Assembly: GCA_965644295.1 (NCBI GenBank)
Contig: CBFFRP010000554.1
Coordinates: 1-8,254 of the forward strand
Source of the DNA: Paraphysomonas bandaiensis
Lineage: Eukaryota > Protista > Chrysophyceae
Direction: 5' to 3'
Length of the DNA: 8,254 nt
The notes beneath the pieces are model-generated. The model saw only the letters and a program-made list of their open reading frames with translations. It ran no database searches and had not been told where the DNA came from. Of the stretch, positions 5,465 through 8,254 are shown one piece after another; positions within the stretch are counted from its first letter, which is position 1; each line of letters starts with the position of its first letter. Position numbers and translations under genes: made by a program.

Positions 5465-8224
5465 TTAGGGTTAGGGTTAGGGTTAGGGTTAGGGTTAGGG
5501 TTAGGGTTAGGGTTAGGGTTAGGGTTAGGGTTAGGGTTAGGGTTAGGGTTAGGGTTAGGGTTAGGGTTAGGGTTAGGGTTAGGGTTAGGGTTAGGGTTAG
5601 GGTTAGGGTTAGGGTTAGGGTTAGGGTTAGGGTTAGGGTTAGGGTTAGGGTTAGGGTTAGGGTTAGGGTTAGGGTTAGGGTTAGGGTTAGGGTTAGGGTT
5701 AGGGTTAGGGTTAGGGTTAGGGTTAGGGTTAGGGTTAGGGTTAGGGTTAGGGTTAGGGTTAGGGTTAGGGTTAGGGTTAGGGTTAGGGTTAGGGTTAGGG
5801 TTAGGGTTAGGGTTAGGGTTAGGGTTAGGGTTAGGGTTAGGGTTAGGGTTAGGGTTAGGGTTAGGGTTAGGGTTAGGGTTAGGGTTAGGGTTAGGGTTAG
5901 GGTTAGGGTTAGGGTTAGGGTTAGGGTTAGGGTTAGGGTTAGGGTTAGGGTTAGGGTTAGGGTTAGGGTTAGGGTTAGGGTTAGGGTTAGGGTTAGGGTT
6001 AGGGTTAGGGTTAGGGTTAGGGTTAGGGTTAGGGTTAGGGTTAGGGTTAGGGTTAGGGTTAGGGTTAGGGTTAGGGTTAGGGTTAGGGTTAGGGTTAGGG
6101 TTAGGGTTAGGGTTAGGGTTAGGGTTAGGGTTAGGGTTAGGGTTAGGGTTAGGGTTAGGGTTAGGGTTAGGGTTAGGGTTAGGGTTAGGGTTAGGGTTAG
6201 GGTTAGGGTTAGGGTTAGGGTTAGGGTTAGGGTTAGGGTTAGGGTTAGGGTTAGGGTTAGGGTTAGGGTTAGGGTTAGGGTTAGGGTTAGGGTTAGGGTT
6301 AGGGTTAGGGTTAGGGTTAGGGTTAGGGTTAGGGTTAGGGTTAGGGTTAGGGTTAGGGTTAGGGTTAGGGTTAGGGTTAGGGTTAGGGTTAGGGTTAGGG
6401 TTAGGGTTAGGGTTAGGGTTAGGGTTAGGGTTAGGGTTAGGGTTAGGGTTAGGGTTAGGGTTAGGGTTAGGGTTAGGGTTAGGGTTAGGGTTAGGGTTAG
6501 GGTTAGGGTTAGGGTTAGGGTTAGGGTTAGGGTTAGGGTTAGGGTTAGGGTTAGGGTTAGGGTTAGGGTTAGGGTTAGGGTTAGGGTTAGGGTTAGGGTT
6601 AGGGTTAGGGTTAGGGTTAGGGTTAGGGTTAGGGTTAGGGTTAGGGTTAGGGTTAGGGTTAGGGTTAGGGTTAGGGTTAGGGTTAGGGTTAGGGTTAGGG
6701 TTAGGGTTAGGGTTAGGGTTAGGGTTAGGGTTAGGGTTAGGGTTAGGGTTAGGGTTAGGGTTAGGGTTAGGGTTAGGGTTAGGGTTAGGGTTAGGGTTAG
6801 GGTTAGGGTTAGGGTTAGGGTTAGGGTTAGGGTTAGGGTTAGGGTTAGGGTTAGGGTTAGGGTTAGGGTTAGGGTTAGGGTTAGGGTTAGGGTTAGGGTT
6901 AGGGTTAGGGTTAGGGTTAGGGTTAGGGTTAGGGTTAGGGTTAGGGTTAGGGTTAGGGTTAGGGTTAGGGTTAGGGTTAGGGTTAGGGTTAGGGTTAGGG
7001 TTAGGGTTAGGGTTAGGGTTAGGGTTAGGGTTAGGGTTAGGGTTAGGGTTAGGGTTAGGGTTAGGGTTAGGGTTAGGGTTAGGGTTAGGGTTAGGGTTAG
7101 GGTTAGGGTTAGGGTTAGGGTTAGGGTTAGGGTTAGGGTTAGGGTTAGGGTTAGGGTTAGGGTTAGGGTTAGGGTTAGGGTTAGGGTTAGGGTTAGGGTT
7201 AGGGTTAGGGTTAGGGTTAGGGTTAGGGTTAGGGTTAGGGTTAGGGTTAGGGTTAGGGTTAGGGTTAGGGTTAGGGTTAGGGTTAGGGTTAGGGTTAGGG
7301 TTAGGGTTAGGGTTAGGGTTAGGGTTAGGGTTAGGGTTAGGGTTAGGGTTAGGGTTAGGGTTAGGGTTAGGGTTAGGGTTAGGGTTAGGGTTAGGGTTAG
7401 GGTTAGGGTTAGGGTTAGGGTTAGGGTTAGGGTTAGGGTTAGGGTTAGGGTTAGGGTTAGGGTTAGGGTTAGGGTTAGGGTTAGGGTTAGGGTTAGGGTT
7501 AGGGTTAGGGTTAGGGTTAGGGTTAGGGTTAGGGTTAGGGTTAGGGTTAGGGTTAGGGTTAGGGTTAGGGTTAGGGTTAGGGTTAGGGTTAGGGTTAGGG
7601 TTAGGGTTAGGGTTAGGGTTAGGGTTAGGGTTAGGGTTAGGGTTAGGGTTAGGGTTAGGGTTAGGGTTAGGGTTAGGGTTAGGGTTAGGGTTAGGGTTAG
7701 GGTTAGGGTTAGGGTTAGGGTTAGGGTTAGGGTTAGGGTTAGGGTTAGGGTTAGGGTTAGGGTTAGGGTTAGGGTTAGGGTTAGGGTTAGGGTTAGGGTT
7801 AGGGTTAGGGTTAGGGTTAGGGTTAGGGTTAGGGTTAGGGTTAGGGTTAGGGTTAGGGTTAGGGTTAGGGTTAGGGTTAGGGTTAGGGTTAGGGTTAGGG
7901 TTAGGGTTAGGGTTAGGGTTAGGGTTAGGGTTAGGGTTAGGGTTAGGGTTAGGGTTAGGGTTAGGGTTAGGGTTAGGGTTAGGGTTAGGGTTAGGGTTAG
8001 GGTTAGGGTTAGGGTTAGGGTTAGGGTTAGGGTTAGGGTTAGGGTTAGGGTTAGGGTTAGGGTTAGGGTTAGGGTTAGGGTTAGGGTTAGGGTTAGGGTT
8101 AGGGTTAGGGTTAGGGTTAGGGTTAGGGTTAGGGTTAGGGTTAGGGTTAGGGTTAGGGTTAGGGTTAGGGTTAGGGTTAGGGTTAGGGTTAGGGTTAGGG
8201 TTAGGGTTAGGGTTAGGGTTAGGG
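5465..8224 (+). repeat. Telomere, (TTAGGG)460
   Basis: 2760 bp of uninterrupted TTAGGG, with the G-rich strand running 5'->3' toward the end of the window, which is the polarity of a true chromosome end. Confidence 0.99.
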
Positions 8225-8254
8225 TAAAATTAAAATTAAAATATGCTCTATAAT
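8225..8254 (+). other. Terminal TTAAAA-type tail, probably a long-read basecalling/assembly-end artefact
   Basis: TAAAA TTAAAA TTAAAA TATGCTCTATAAT keeps the 6-nt period with GGG replaced by AAA. TTAGGG-to-TTAAAA miscalling is a known nanopore error mode. Confidence 0.65.

Noticed and set aside
5413-8253. 946-aa poly-(Arg-Val) ORF
   Set aside because: It is the stop-free frame of (TTAGGG)n with a chance upstream ATG; there is no evidence for a gene.

Overview
This is the right-hand end of a eukaryotic chromosome, not a prokaryotic window. It shows the standard genetic code, short GT-AG introns (45-144 nt) and 460 perfect TTAGGG repeats at 5465-8224. Two intron-containing genes sit head-to-head almost against the telomere. 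On the minus strand is a 5-exon organelle-type NOG1/OBG-family GTPase (1321-2877, about 418 aa). On the plus strand is a ~446 aa protein (3415-4855) whose spliced sequence resembles a VHL-beta-like domain followed by a zincin-like region without HExxH. The most unusual feature is missed by the ORF track. A 465-bp block lies between a short internal telomeric tract (GGTTAGGGTTAGGG, 4986-4999) and the main telomere. Its minus strand carries a frameshifted Ty3/Gypsy-type integrase fragment whose reading frame is cut off exactly at the internal telomeric repeats. This suggests that a former chromosome end captured retroelement DNA and was re-capped. The 946-aa poly-RV ORF is just the telomere translated. 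All family assignments are from motif recognition by eye; no searches were run.
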